Shown: positions 1-10,466 of the stretch, one piece after another
How the letters are laid out: each line of letters starts with the position of its first letter
How positions within the stretch are numbered: position 1 is the stretch's first letter
Origin: Chlamydiales bacterium
Lineage (GTDB): Bacteria; Chlamydiota; Chlamydiia; Chlamydiales; JAAZZY01
NCBI GenBank assembly: GCA_965206695.1
Contig: CBDBKM010000011.1
Location: 96,001-160,000, forward strand
Reading direction: 5' to 3'
DNA length: 64,000 nucleotides
Made by a program: the position numbers and the translations under genes
The notes under the pieces: model-generated
Databases searched by the model: none
What the model saw: the letters and a program-made list of their open reading frames with translations, nothing else
Told to the model about the DNA's origin: nothing

Positions 1-188
1 AAAAAAATAAGACAGATCTCAAACAAGTTTTAGAACAAGTTGAAAGTTTTTCTATTCAACCTCGTGGTGATATTACCCCTCATGGAGTGATCATTGAGAC
101 AGAATCGGGTATTATCAATGCCCAAATAGAAAATCTATGGCAAAAGCTTGAGATAGCTCTTCAGTCCTTAGCGAAGAAAGATACCTAA
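1..188 (+). CDS. sctL: Type III secretion stator protein SctL/YscL (FliH-like), 3' end only
   Basis: Frame from nt 3 reads KNKTDLKQVLEQVESFSIQPRGDITPHGVIIETESGIINAQIENLW...*; typical FliH/YscL C-terminus; directly upstream of sctR. Confidence 0.8.
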   Translation, partial: KNKTDLKQVLEQVESFSIQPRGDITPHGVIIETESGIINAQIENLWQKLEIALQSLAKKDT

Positions 189-191
189 AAT

Positions 192-1061
192 ATGCTGTTG
201 ATGAAACAAACCTTTACTTTTTTTCTCTTATTTTTCCTTCTTGCAATAGAACCCTCCGGTCTTTTGGCTCAACAGCGACCGGTAAATCCAAGACCGGTAC
301 AACAAGAACGTGGTGGAACGGAAAAAGAGCACAAGAGTAAACTCCAAGATGTATTAGGTGAATTGCCTATGCAACAAAGTCTTGTTGCAAAGGGAGCTCC
401 TAATATCGCCTTACAGGTCGCTGTTCTAGCTGCTTTGGCACTACTTCCTTGGTTTATCATGATGCTCACTTCTTATATCAAAATAGTGGTTGTCATTGCT
501 CTATTAAGAAATGCTTTGGGGGTTCAACAGGCGCCTCCGAACCAGGTAGTCAATGGAATAGCTATTATTTTGACTATATATATTATGTTCCCTACGGGCC
601 TTGCCATGTATGACGCAGCGAAACACGAGATCGAAGCGGAGGCTCCTCAAGGCCTATTGTCAGATAACGCTGCTGATTATATAATCACAGCAGTTGATGC
701 GGCAAAAGAGCCCTTAAGAATATTTTTAAAGAAGAATACCGAGGCGGCTCATATTGGTAAATTTTACCGTACTGCATATCGAGTATTTCCGGAAAAAGTA
801 CGAGATTCTCTAAAGCCGTATGACTTTATTGTTATGGTACCCGCTTATATAACAACACAATTAAAAGATGCCTTTTCGATTGGCGTTTTAGTGTATCTCC
901 CATTTTTCGTTATTGATTTAGTGACATCTAATATTTTACTTGCTATGGGAATGATGATGTTGTCCCCTCTTACTATTTCGTTACCACTAAAACTATTGCT
1001 ATTAGTTATGTTAGATGGATGGACGATCTTAATAGAGGGTTTAGTTTTAACATTTCGATAG
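192..1061 (+). CDS. sctR: T3SS export apparatus subunit SctR (FliP family)
   Basis: TSYIKIVVVIALLRNALGVQQAPPNQ and LPFFVIDLVTSNILLAMGMMM...LPLKLLLLVMLDGW motifs. Confidence 0.95.
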   Translation: MLLMKQTFTFFLLFFLLAIEPSGLLAQQRPVNPRPVQQERGGTEKEHKSKLQDVLGELPMQQSLVAKGAPNIALQVAVLAALALLPWFIMMLTSYIKIVVVIALLRNALGVQQAPPNQVVNGIAIILTIYIMFPTGLAMYDAAKHEIEAEAPQGLLSDNAADYIITAVDAAKEPLRIFLKKNTEAAHIGKFYRTAYRVFPEKVRDSLKPYDFIVMVPAYITTQLKDAFSIGVLVYLPFFVIDLVTSNILLAMGMMMLSPLTISLPLKLLLLVMLDGWTILIEGLVLTFR

Positions 1062-1085
1062 GCCGAAATAAGGAGGTAAGAGCCT

Positions 1086-1355
1086 ATGTTTGAAACACAT
1101 ATTCCTCAGTTAGCTTATGAGGGGCTTTTTTTAATATTATTACTTTCAGGGCCACCTGTTTTTATTAGTATGTTCTTTGGGTTGCTTGTAGCGATTATTC
1201 AAGCTGCGACTCAGATACAAGAACAAACGCTCTCTTTTACCATTAAACTCGTAGCGGTTATTTTGACCTTAATGTTTATGGGACCTTGGCTAGGTGGTAA
1301 AATAATACAATATGGCAACCATATATTTACCAATATCCCAATATGGAGTCATTAA
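1086..1355 (+). CDS. sctS: T3SS export apparatus subunit SctS (FliQ family)
   Basis: QAATQIQEQTLSF motif, 89 aa, AGGAGG ribosome-binding site upstream. Confidence 0.95.
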   Translation: MFETHIPQLAYEGLFLILLLSGPPVFISMFFGLLVAIIQAATQIQEQTLSFTIKLVAVILTLMFMGPWLGGKIIQYGNHIFTNIPIWSH

Positions 1356-1371
1356 CTGACACTAATTTCAT

Positions 1372-2193
1372 ATGAGTAGTGATAGCTATCTTTCTGTCTT
1401 TGTCAATTATGAATCAGGAAATGTCATAGCATTATTTTTAGCAATGTTAGTCAGGGTCGTGCCTATTGTTAGTTTAGTTCCTTTTTTAGGAGCTAAAGTC
1501 TTGCCGGCCCCTGCAAAAATGGGGTTAAGCATTGTTTTAGTTCTTTTATTAATGCCTTATGTAGGGCCTATGTCCATACAGAGATTGAAGTTTGGTCTTC
1601 CCCTCGTCCCCATTGTTGTTAAAGAAGCTCTTATTGGATTATTAATCGGTTTTTTAGGAACAATTCCGTTTAATATTGCAACTGCAGCAGGAGCGATCAT
1701 TGACCATCAAAGAGGCTCTGCAAGTCTTCAGGTGACAGAGCCTACTATGCAAGTACAGACTTCTCCTATAGGAGAATTAATGAATGACGTGTTGTTAGTT
1801 ATCTTTTTTGTAGTAGGAGGACCTTTTTTTTATTTTGATGCTCTAGTTTCTTCATTTCAAATGATTCCTCCGGAGCAGTTTATACCTCAATATTTTTTTG
1901 CTACCCATAATGCCTATTGGCTAACGATAATAGGATTAATGCATCATATTTTTTCTACAGCTGCACGATTTGCAGCCCCTTCTTTAGTAGCGATGTTAAT
2001 GGCCGATGTCTTTTTAGGAATTGCAAATCGATTAGCTCCTCAAGTACAAATAGCATTTTTAGGAATGCCTTTTAAATCCATCTTGGGTATTGCGCTTCTC
2101 TTTTTTGGATGGTACTTTATCTTAAGGCAAATGGAAAAATCCACAATGGACTGGTTTGTCCATGTTCTGAAGTTGGTACATGTATTTAAGTAA
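1372..2193 (+). CDS. sctT: T3SS export apparatus subunit SctT (FliR family)
   Basis: AGAIIDHQRG and LGIANRLAPQVQI motifs; sctRST gene order. Confidence 0.95.
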   Translation: MSSDSYLSVFVNYESGNVIALFLAMLVRVVPIVSLVPFLGAKVLPAPAKMGLSIVLVLLLMPYVGPMSIQRLKFGLPLVPIVVKEALIGLLIGFLGTIPFNIATAAGAIIDHQRGSASLQVTEPTMQVQTSPIGELMNDVLLVIFFVVGGPFFYFDALVSSFQMIPPEQFIPQYFFATHNAYWLTIIGLMHHIFSTAARFAAPSLVAMLMADVFLGIANRLAPQVQIAFLGMPFKSILGIALLFFGWYFILRQMEKSTMDWFVHVLKLVHVFK

Positions 2194-2219
2194 TTTCCTT
2201 TCTAACAACTATCTATATA

Positions 2220-2336
2220 AGACCTCTGCATAACTTACATTTTTAATCACAATCGAACCTTCAGATGTAAGTTAAAGACATTATAAATATATTTTTGACA
2301 AATCGACGACTAAATCAATAAGTTATGTAGAGGCCT
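2220..2336. mobile_element. 117-bp MITE with IS5/IS1106-like terminal inverted repeats
   Basis: AGACCTCTGCATAACTT...AAGTTATGTAGAGGCCT, flanked by TA on both sides; same IR recurs at 13929, 15213 and 37057. Confidence 0.75.
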
Positions 2337-2354
2337 TATAAATATGGAATTTTA

Positions 2355-2571
2355 GTTATCCGAGGAAATATTGAAAAAACCTAAAACTTATCTCCTGGCC
2401 CGGAGTGAGATCATAAAATTAGCCGGTAACGAGGCTCTGATTATGCGGGGAGATACCATTTATGTGACGTCAACTTTATTGGCTGACCGGAATCGATTGA
2501 TTAATCAATTATTACCCGGTTTAGACGGAATAAAAGCTGCGGGAAGTTGCGGCGCTTATCTTCCTCCTTAA
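2355..2571 (+). pseudogene. C-terminal relic of a Wza-like polysaccharide export/SLBB protein
   Basis: VIRGNIEK(frameshift)PKTYLL...GDTIYVTSTLLADRNRLINQLLP resembles the Wza C-terminal GDxVYV...WNRxISQLLP motif; 5' part missing next to the MITE. Confidence 0.55.
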
Positions 2572-2578
2572 TGGATAA

Positions 2579-5500
2579 TTATTGATTTTCCTCAGGATAT
2601 TTTTCTTTTAAAGAACGCCATTTTTCTATTAATTCTGCTGCTATCGGTGCAGCCTCTCTTCCATAATCTCCAAAGCGTAGATAAACGATAACAACAAGTT
2701 CAGGATGTTTTAATATTTTATTTTCTATATCGTTTTCTTCATGGTCAGGATTATAACTAACACATCCAAACCATATATGTTTATAAAGATTAGTTCCCTT
2801 ATTTAGATCCAGGTCGATCGCTTCTCTTTTTTCTGCAGTGCTTGTTTTAGCAATCATTTGATTCTGAAGTTTTATATAATTTTTCAATGGAGAAGATTGT
2901 TGTCTATAGGTTCTTATTTTTTTCCAGTAACCGGTACCTGTCTCTTCTGTTACGACTTTTTGCATTCCCATAATTAAAGTGTTTTGTATTACTGTAGGAA
3001 AATCAATGGTATTTTTTATTTCATCCGGGAAAAAGCACAATTGATTTATCCGGTTATTTCGCTCTGTTGCAGTAAATATTGGAAAGTCGATACCGATTAG
3101 TTGAAAGCTTTCATTATAATCAAAAAGCCTTTTACGAAAGATCATTTGATCATTTCTAATCGGTTCCTCAGCTTTAGTAAATTTAACAATTTTGGGTTTA
3201 AAAACGTATCCTCCATTAACAATAGATGACATCATAACAGCTGTTTGAAGCGGGGTGACAACCAAAGAATGTTGTCCAATAGCTGTAGCATAGAGTCCTG
3301 TTTGATTGACAGCCAAGTCAGTAGGTAGGTTCCCGGAATACTCTCCGGGCAAATCAATCCCGGTGCATTTACCAAAAGAAAATTTTTTTGCAGCTTGGAT
3401 TAAGTCATCAGGATTTTTTAACATATCTCCGGCTAAAATAGAGAAATAGGGATTACTGGAAATTTCAAGCGCTTTGATAAAATCTAAGCGTCCAATTGCT
3501 CTTCTGTGGCTTCTAGGTAGGCGCCCACCTTTATAATATTGTGGGATAGGTTTTCCTTGTTGAGTATAGCCGATATTCCAATCTTTACCTTCTTTAGAAG
3601 GGTGTAAATCATCAATAATAGTTAATGGATTTAAACTATCAGTATTCGAATCTATTTCATGATATTGCTGTAAAAGAGTTTCATATGCTGTTACTAATTT
3701 AAAAATAGAGCCTTGGCACGTCGCTTGTCTAAAAGCATAGGATCTGGCAAAGCCAAAAACTGAATTAGGATAAAAGCTAGCGGCTAAATGTTTTTCTAAT
3801 TGAGGTTTTTGTGGAGATACATTGCGATAAGAGCCTAAAAGAGGGCGATTAAGATTCTTATATTCTCGCATCGTTTTCAGATATTCTAGTGCTAGGCTAG
3901 AGGAGAGATTATCCAAGCAAAGATGCAAATTATAATACGTTTTATACCAAGATGCGGCCTTATGTGCTCCATTACTAAGTTCTTTTTGCCATAAAAGAAA
4001 ATAATTGATAAATGGTTTGAGTTCTTCTCTAATCACATGCTCTGAATATAAATCATGACCTAAAAAGGTCATAATAAATAACCATTTATATTCTGCCCAA
4101 AAAACTTGGAACAGTGCATTTTCTTTTTCATCTAAATAATCAATATACGGTTTGGCATATTGTCCTTTTTCTTTTTCTTCAACTCTCTTTTGTTTGAGAT
4201 ACTCTTTTTGATTGTCTCTTCTCCAATTTTTAAAAATATATTGGTGATATAATTCTTTTGTCATATTACAAATGACTTCATTAATATTAGCATAAGCGCA
4301 AGTAGCATCTCGATACTGCGAAAGAAAATGATTGTTTACCTGACCCAGTAATTCATCTGAAAAGGTATCAACATTTACTAAAAGTCTACACAAATCAATG
4401 AACAGGAGTTTATCATAGTTCTGGGGAATGGAGTTTAAGAAAGGATCGATAATACGTTTAAGATAACTTATTTCTATTTGGTTATATTTAAAGTTATCTT
4501 CAATGAGTTGTTTTGTGAATTTAGGAATAAAAGAGCTAGGATAAGGAATATGCTCGCCATCATTATATAATGTTGTTAAGACATACCAAGCGCTGTTCTG
4601 TTCACTAACTTCTAAAATTCGATTAAAAGCCTTTTGGAGAGTAATAGCATCTTTTACATAAGCAAATTGTTTAAAAACTTGTCTGGCTCTGTTCGTTTCC
4701 GGAAGAATAAGATCAAGATAATTCTCCCAAGAAAGCCATTTTTCTTCTATCACACGTTTTTTTTGAACAGGGTCTATAATTTCTCTTTCTAATGGATGCT
4801 TCCGGTCCCAAATCATGCTAATAAATTGATCGCCTTCAAATGTTTTTTTGATTTGCAGGGATTTTTTCCGCATATCTTCTTGATTGCCGGAAGGGACAAA
4901 ATCATTTGGGTTAAATCTTGGATAAGAAGCAAGGGCTAAAATTTCACCATTATTGGGATCCATAACCACAATAGCTCCACCTTTGATCCAAGGCTGTTTA
5001 TATTGTGTATAAGTGCCCCGGCTCGGGTCATAGCGGATACTTCTACCTTCTCTTAAGCTTTCACTTTCAATCAAAAGTGTTTCAGCACATTCTTGTAGTT
5101 CTTGAGAAATTGTTAATACGAAGCGCCGACCGGGGATAGATTCTTGGTAGCCGGGCAATTCTCGAAGGAAATTTCCTTTGGCATCAGAATAATATATTTT
5201 TTTCCCATGATAACCTTTAAGCTCTTGTTCATAGGTAGCTTCAATGCCGGTTTTTCCTATTCGGTCATGAAGAGTATACGTTTTTTTATCTAAAACCCTT
5301 AGGCGATAGCGAATTTCATCGATAGTATTTAGCCCAATAGGAAGTTTTGCTTCATTTCCCGATTCCCATTCATGGATAAAATCTTCAAGTAATTTTTTTT
5401 CTTCATAAAAGCTATTATATTCATGCCGATTGATAGCTCCCATATAACCAATAATTTCTCCGGATAATTCTTGATGGGGATAGTATCGCTTGCATGTTCT

Positions 5501-6049
5501 TTCGGCCACGATACCGAGCCAGTCTTTTTCTAAGATTTTTAATTGAAAATATTGGCTTTCGGTAATGTCTTCTTTTAAGACAAAAGAAGCATCATTTAAA
5601 AGAGAGGCTTTAGCATGAATGAGATCTTCGATTCGATCAGCATCCATTTCAATGATATTGGATAAAAGGTAGGATAAGGTTTCAATATGCTTCCGTCTCT
5701 TGTATATTTTTATTTTCTTTTTTTTCTTCCCTTTCTCCCATGCAACTGTTGAAATTTGTCGAATTTGAGCATAAGAAACAGCCGCATTATAACGTACTTG
5801 ATTGACAGCTAGGGGAATATTAAATCGATCTCGAATCGTTCCTCTTTCTGCATGTTCGATAATAATTTTTTGTTGAGGCTTGTTGAAGTCTTTTGTTCTT
5901 TTATCGCACTCAAAGATACTTAAGTGCCAAACGCGAAAAACAATTAAAAGCATGATTAGAAAAACGAAGTTTAAAACACGATTTGCTTTGCCGAGTATAT
6001 CCAATTCAAAATCGGTTGCTGATTGTCTTCTTTTTTGCCAAAAACGCAT
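2579..6049 (-). CDS. pbpB: Chlamydial-type long penicillin-binding protein 2 (transpeptidase)
   Basis: N-terminal TM; RGTIRDR; GKTGIE; GSIFK (SxxK), SSN (SxN), KTS motifs; large insertion typical of chlamydial PBP2. Confidence 0.85.
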   Translation of the reverse strand: MRFWQKRRQSATDFELDILGKANRVLNFVFLIMLLIVFRVWHLSIFECDKRTKDFNKPQQKIIIEHAERGTIRDRFNIPLAVNQVRYNAAVSYAQIRQISTVAWEKGKKKKKIKIYKRRKHIETLSYLLSNIIEMDADRIEDLIHAKASLLNDASFVLKEDITESQYFQLKILEKDWLGIVAERTCKRYYPHQELSGEIIGYMGAINRHEYNSFYEEKKLLEDFIHEWESGNEAKLPIGLNTIDEIRYRLRVLDKKTYTLHDRIGKTGIEATYEQELKGYHGKKIYYSDAKGNFLRELPGYQESIPGRRFVLTISQELQECAETLLIESESLREGRSIRYDPSRGTYTQYKQPWIKGGAIVVMDPNNGEILALASYPRFNPNDFVPSGNQEDMRKKSLQIKKTFEGDQFISMIWDRKHPLEREIIDPVQKKRVIEEKWLSWENYLDLILPETNRARQVFKQFAYVKDAITLQKAFNRILEVSEQNSAWYVLTTLYNDGEHIPYPSSFIPKFTKQLIEDNFKYNQIEISYLKRIIDPFLNSIPQNYDKLLFIDLCRLLVNVDTFSDELLGQVNNHFLSQYRDATCAYANINEVICNMTKELYHQYIFKNWRRDNQKEYLKQKRVEEKEKGQYAKPYIDYLDEKENALFQVFWAEYKWLFIMTFLGHDLYSEHVIREELKPFINYFLLWQKELSNGAHKAASWYKTYYNLHLCLDNLSSSLALEYLKTMREYKNLNRPLLGSYRNVSPQKPQLEKHLAASFYPNSVFGFARSYAFRQATCQGSIFKLVTAYETLLQQYHEIDSNTDSLNPLTIIDDLHPSKEGKDWNIGYTQQGKPIPQYYKGGRLPRSHRRAIGRLDFIKALEISSNPYFSILAGDMLKNPDDLIQAAKKFSFGKCTGIDLPGEYSGNLPTDLAVNQTGLYATAIGQHSLVVTPLQTAVMMSSIVNGGYVFKPKIVKFTKAEEPIRNDQMIFRKRLFDYNESFQLIGIDFPIFTATERNNRINQLCFFPDEIKNTIDFPTVIQNTLIMGMQKVVTEETGTGYWKKIRTYRQQSSPLKNYIKLQNQMIAKTSTAEKREAIDLDLNKGTNLYKHIWFGCVSYNPDHEENDIENKILKHPELVVIVYLRFGDYGREAAPIAAELIEKWRSLKEKYPEENQ

Positions 6050-6243
6050 TTTAAATTTAGGTGGGAAATTTGTCTAATTTAATTCTAATTTTTATTATCT
6101 GTATATTTCAATAGTAATCTAATTAATGTTTTAAAACTTTGAAAAAACCAACACATTTTTGTTCAATCTGAAGTAAAAAAGAATAGTGAAACGTTTTTTT
6201 AAAAATCTTTTTCTTCTTATCTACTAAAGCACTATGAAATACC

Positions 6244-6272
6244 TTGTCAATAAATGGGTAAATTTTTATAGT
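6244..6272 (+). promoter_or_regulatory. Sigma66/sigma70-type promoter for the tRNA-Gly-rpsB operon
   Basis: TTGTCA-17 nt-TATAGT, ending 18 nt before tRNA-Gly. Confidence 0.6.
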
Positions 6273-6289
6273 TTTTGTTATTTTTAAAT

Positions 6290-6360
6290 GCGCCTGTAGT
6301 TCAATGGTAGAACAATAGCCTTCCAAGCTATGAGTGTCAGTTCGATTCTGATCAGGCGCT
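6290..6360 (+). tRNA. tRNA-Gly(TCC)
   Basis: Acceptor stem GCGCCTG/CAGGCGC, anticodon arm ATAGC-CTTCCAA-GCTAT, TTCGATT T-loop; CCA not encoded. Confidence 0.95.
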
Positions 6361-6480
6361 ATTGTGTTAGATGTCACAACCAAAGGACCTTAAGCAGGTC
6401 ACTATTACCAAGACCGAAATCTTGTTATTAAAAAAAACAAGATGCTATCGTCAATTAACCATTAAACAAAAGGACAAGGC

Positions 6481-7308
6481 TTGGCTGAAGTAACTATCAA
6501 AAATCTATTAGAATCCGGTGCGCATTTTGGACATCAAAAGAAACGCTGGAATCCAAAAATGAAACGTTTCATTTTTGAGGCTCGCAATGGCCTATATATC
6601 ATTGATCTTGCCAAAACATTACAACAGATACGAAGTGCTATGGAAATTGTCGCCTCTGTTGTTGCTGATCATCAATCAGTTCTTTTCGTTGGAACTAAAA
6701 AACAAGCAAAAGCAGTTATTCGCGAATTTGCAGAAAATTGCGATGAATTTTATGTTTGTGAACGTTGGTTGGGTGGTATGCTGACCAATTGGAAAACTAT
6801 TAGAGAATCTGTAAAAAAACTAGGCCGGATAGAAAAAAGACTAGCTACTGAGGTTGCAGGTTTAACTAAAAAAGAAATTTCGATTTTATCTAAATCACAA
6901 AAAAAATTAGAAAATACACTGTCCGGTGTGCGTTCTATGAGAAAGATGCCCGGTTTAGTTATTGTTGTGGATCCTAGTCGTGAGCATATTGTAGTTGCAG
7001 AAGCTCGTAAATTAGGTATTCCGGTAATGGCTCTAGTCGATACCAATTGTGATCCCGATATTATTGACCACGTCATTGCATGTAATGATGATGCTCTTAA
7101 ATGTGTGAAATTGATTATTCAGGCTTTATCCGAAGCCATTTCTGAAAAGAAAAAAGAATTAGGCATTACAGCAAAAAAAACGAGCCGGCCTCAAGAGACA
7201 CAATCCGAGGCTAGGGCTGCAGATGAAGCTATAGAGAGTAAATCTGAAGAAAGCAAGGTTGAAGAACAGGAAATCTCCGATAAAAAAACAGATGAGGAGG
7301 GCAAATAA
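6481..7308 (+). CDS. rpsB: 30S ribosomal protein S2
   Basis: GAHFGHQKKRWNPKM and RWLGGMLTN motifs; TTG start. Confidence 0.98.
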   Translation: MAEVTIKNLLESGAHFGHQKKRWNPKMKRFIFEARNGLYIIDLAKTLQQIRSAMEIVASVVADHQSVLFVGTKKQAKAVIREFAENCDEFYVCERWLGGMLTNWKTIRESVKKLGRIEKRLATEVAGLTKKEISILSKSQKKLENTLSGVRSMRKMPGLVIVVDPSREHIVVAEARKLGIPVMALVDTNCDPDIIDHVIACNDDALKCVKLIIQALSEAISEKKKELGITAKKTSRPQETQSEARAADEAIESKSEESKVEEQEISDKKTDEEGK

Positions 7309-7311
7309 ATT

Positions 7312-8163
7312 ATGACAGTTACTCCTGCTATGTTGAAAGAATTAAGAGAGCGTACCGGTGTTGGTATGGCTAAATGTAAAGAAGCTTTACAAAATTCTAA
7401 TGGAGATATCGAACTTGCTATAGATAACTTGCGTAAAGCAGGTCTGGCATCAGCGGCAAAAAAAGAAGGCCGAGAGGCTAATGAAGGTTTAATTGGAGTG
7501 GCCGACACTGATAAAGTCGTTGCATTAATTGAAATTAATTCCGAAACAGACTTTGTTGCTAAAAATGATAAATTTCGTCAGTTTTTAACTGACATGGCTC
7601 TGGAAGTTGCTAATACACAGCCAAGTTCGGTTGAAGAATTTTTGAACCAAAAATTTTCTAAAGATCCATCTTTAACTGTAAACGAATATCGCGGTGTTTT
7701 AATTCAATCTCTTGGAGAAAATATTCAGTTTCGTCGTTTAATTTCTATTCCCAAAGCAACTGACCAATCCATTGGTGTCTATAGCCATATGAAAGGTAGA
7801 ATTGTATGTGTGGTAGAAATTTCCGGTAGTGCGAATCAGGCTGCTTTGGCAAAAGATATTGCGATGCATGTCGCAGCTGCTGCCCCGGAATTCTTATCAT
7901 CAGATGAGATGCCGGAAAACGTAAAAGCCCGTGAGGAAGAAATTGCTCGCAGCCAAATGAAAGGCAAGCCTGCGAATATTATTGATAAAATTATTGAAGG
8001 CAAGATGCGTGCTTTTTACGATCAAGTATGTTTATTGCAACAGGATTTTGTTAAGGAACCGGGCTTATCCATTAAGGAATTGGTAGCCAAACACGCTAAA
8101 GAGACAGAAAAACCTCTTAAATTAACTTCATTTAAACGATGGCAATTAGGTGGTCAAGGATAA
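7312..8163 (+). CDS. tsf: Elongation factor Ts
   Basis: KELRERTGVGMAKCKEAL and EINSETDFVA motifs. Confidence 0.98.
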   Translation: MTVTPAMLKELRERTGVGMAKCKEALQNSNGDIELAIDNLRKAGLASAAKKEGREANEGLIGVADTDKVVALIEINSETDFVAKNDKFRQFLTDMALEVANTQPSSVEEFLNQKFSKDPSLTVNEYRGVLIQSLGENIQFRRLISIPKATDQSIGVYSHMKGRIVCVVEISGSANQAALAKDIAMHVAAAAPEFLSSDEMPENVKAREEEIARSQMKGKPANIIDKIIEGKMRAFYDQVCLLQQDFVKEPGLSIKELVAKHAKETEKPLKLTSFKRWQLGGQG

Positions 8164-8890
8164 GATTCAAGCAACGCCTCCCTATAAGCGAATTTTATTA
8201 AAGCTTTCCGGCGAAGCTTTGATGGGGGCTCAGCATTTTGGTATTGAAAAAGAGGCTTGTTCTACATTAGCTTCTACGATAAAGGAAATTGTTGATATGG
8301 GTGTCCAAATCGGTATTGTGTTGGGCGGAGGCAATATTTTTCGTGGTTTGCATGGAAGCGAGTCTTTAGGAATTAAACGAGCGCAAGCAGATTATATTGG
8401 GATGTTAGCAACGTTGATGAATGGTCTAATTTTTCAACAAACTCTATCTAATGCAGGAATTGATTCTAGGGTGATGAGCGGTTATAAGGGATTTGATATT
8501 GTTGAACCGGCAATTTGGTCAATGGCTGTTAAACATTTAGATAAGCAAAGGGTGGTAATTTTTGTTGGTGGTACCGGAAATCCTTTTTTTACTACGGATA
8601 CAGCCGCAGCTTTAAGGGCTAGTGAAATTGATGCACAACTTCTTATTAAAGCCACCAAAGTTGATGGTGTATATGATAAAGATCCTTTACAATATCCAAA
8701 TGCTAAAAAATACGATACATTGAATTATACTCAGGTTTTGGAACAAAACTTAAAAGTAATGGACGCTACAGCTATTAGTTTATGCAGAGATAATGATATC
8801 CCTATAATGGTACTTAATATGACTTCCAAAACAGCCTTGGTGGATGCTATTCATCATAAAAATACGGGGACTTTGGTAAGAGGAGAATAA
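8150..8890 (+). CDS. pyrH: UMP kinase
   Basis: RILLKLSGEAL, GGGNIFRG and GNPFFTTDTAA motifs. Confidence 0.98.
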   Translation: MVKDKIQATPPYKRILLKLSGEALMGAQHFGIEKEACSTLASTIKEIVDMGVQIGIVLGGGNIFRGLHGSESLGIKRAQADYIGMLATLMNGLIFQQTLSNAGIDSRVMSGYKGFDIVEPAIWSMAVKHLDKQRVVIFVGGTGNPFFTTDTAAALRASEIDAQLLIKATKVDGVYDKDPLQYPNAKKYDTLNYTQVLEQNLKVMDATAISLCRDNDIPIMVLNMTSKTALVDAIHHKNTGTLVRGE

Positions 8891-8892
8891 AT

Positions 8893-9441
8893 ATGACTTT
8901 AGGTGAAACAAAATCAAAAATGGCGCAAGCGGTTACACATTTTAAAGAAGAGTTAAGCCATATTAGAACAGGCAGAGCGGATCCTACAATGTTGCAACAT
9001 GTCCGGGTAGAGGTTTATGGCACTCAAATGCGTTTAAATGATTTAGCTTCCGTAACAACGCCGGATCCGCGACAATTGTTAATTACGGCCTATGATATAA
9101 ATAATTTGGGAGCTATTAGAAAAGGAATTGAGAAGGCGAATTTAAATTTGCAGCCCCAAATTGATGGTAATATCATACGTATCAATATTGCTGAAATGGA
9201 CGAATCGGTAAGAAAGGAAATGGTTAAGCAGGCTAAAAAAAAAGGTGAAGAAGCGAAAGTAAGTATTCGTAATGCCAGAAGGGATGAAAACGAGCAATTG
9301 AAGAAAATGAAAAGTTCCGGTGAAATTGCCGAAGATATTCAAAAAAAACATGAAAACGAGATCCAAAAGTTAACAGATCAATTTTGTAAAGAGGTGGATG
9401 AAATCTGCAGTCGTAAAGAAAAAGAAATTCTTGTGATCTAG
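8893..9441 (+). CDS. frr: Ribosome recycling factor
   Basis: IRTGRA and KVSIRNARRD motifs; rpsB-tsf-pyrH-frr order. Confidence 0.98.
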   Translation: MTLGETKSKMAQAVTHFKEELSHIRTGRADPTMLQHVRVEVYGTQMRLNDLASVTTPDPRQLLITAYDINNLGAIRKGIEKANLNLQPQIDGNIIRINIAEMDESVRKEMVKQAKKKGEEAKVSIRNARRDENEQLKKMKSSGEIAEDIQKKHENEIQKLTDQFCKEVDEICSRKEKEILVI

Positions 9442-9501
9442 CTTTTGTTTTTAATTTGATTTTAATTTTACTGATCAGTAGCATGTTACGTTTAAATATC
9501 C

Positions 9502-9576
9502 GGCCCCATCGTCTAGCCAGGTCTAGGACACCGGATTTTCATTCCGATAACAGGGGTTCGAATCCCCTTGGGGTCA
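9502..9576 (+). tRNA. tRNA-Glu(TTC)
   Basis: GGCCCCA/TGGGGTC acceptor stem, anticodon loop TT-TTC-AT, GGTTCGAATCC T-arm. Confidence 0.95.
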
Positions 9577-9591
9577 TTGTATAAGTTTGTT

Positions 9592-9665
9592 GAGCCTTTA
9601 GCTCAGTTGGTTAGAGCATCTCACTTTTAATGAGAGGGTCGAAGGTTCAAGTCCTTCAAGGCTCA
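9592..9665 (+). tRNA. tRNA-Lys(TTT)
   Basis: GAGCCTT/AAGGCTC acceptor stem, TCTCA-CTTTTAA-TGAGA anticodon arm. Confidence 0.95.
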
Positions 9666-9673
9666 ATATGTTT

Positions 9674-9714
9674 AAATGACAAAGATGGTGAACTACCATC
9701 TTTGTCATTTTTTT
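9674..9714 (+). terminator. Rho-independent terminator after the tRNA pair
   Basis: AAATGACAAAGATGGT-GAACT-ACCATCTTTGTCATTT followed by a T run. Confidence 0.85.
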
Positions 9715-9910
9715 AAAAAGTTCTGAATGAAGGAAAGTTTATTTTCCATAAGTCTATTTTTCCAAGCCGAATATGTTTTCCAACAATATTTAGCTTGCGA
9801 TCACCCCCTTACTAAAAATTTTAAAATAAGGGCTCAGATAAGAGATTGCAGTTTTAAAAATTTTAGACTACTTTACATTTATTAATGAAATTCCTTAGTA
9901 TCGCAACAAT

Positions 9911-10465
9911 ATGGATGAAGAAGAAAGTAAGAACTCATTGCCGGATAGGCCGTTAGAATGTACGGAGTGTAAAAAGCCTGCAAGTATTCGCTATACGGAA
10001 ATTATAGGGAAAAAAGTAAATCGTACTAGTATGTGTATTGATTGTCCTTTTCTTAGTAAACGTCTGCAAGGAAGTACAAGAGGTGAGAATCCTCAAGAAT
10101 CTCATGATACATTAACAGGATTATGTTGCGGAAATTGCGGTACAACGTTAGATACGATTCGTACGGGTAACCCGTTGGGATGCACTCAATGTTACGAAAT
10201 TTTCGAAAATGTTTTAATCCAAGAAATTATAGCTTCTAAAAAAATCCCTCAAAAATTAATAACTGCTGCTGCTAGTGGTACAACTGCTTTACATCAAGGA
10301 TATTCACCGGGAGAAAGTAAAGAAGTTGGTCCTTCTCTTCGCTTACTTGCTTTAAATGAAGCTTTAAATGAGACATTGACACGAGAGGATTATGAACAAG
10401 CGGCATGGTTGAGAGATCAAATTAAAGAACTAACGGAACAATCACAAGAAAAATCAGACGAATAA
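9911..10465 (+). CDS. mcsA: McsA, protein-arginine kinase activator (CxxC repeats + UVR motif)
   Basis: Four CxxC pairs and C-terminal EDYEQAAWLRDQIK; upstream of mcsB. Confidence 0.9.
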   Translation: MDEEESKNSLPDRPLECTECKKPASIRYTEIIGKKVNRTSMCIDCPFLSKRLQGSTRGENPQESHDTLTGLCCGNCGTTLDTIRTGNPLGCTQCYEIFENVLIQEIIASKKIPQKLITAAASGTTALHQGYSPGESKEVGPSLRLLALNEALNETLTREDYEQAAWLRDQIKELTEQSQEKSDE

Positions 10466-10466
10466 A

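Noticed and set aside
6123..6383. 86-aa minus-strand ORF
   Set aside because: Antisense to tRNA-Gly and its promoter; spurious.
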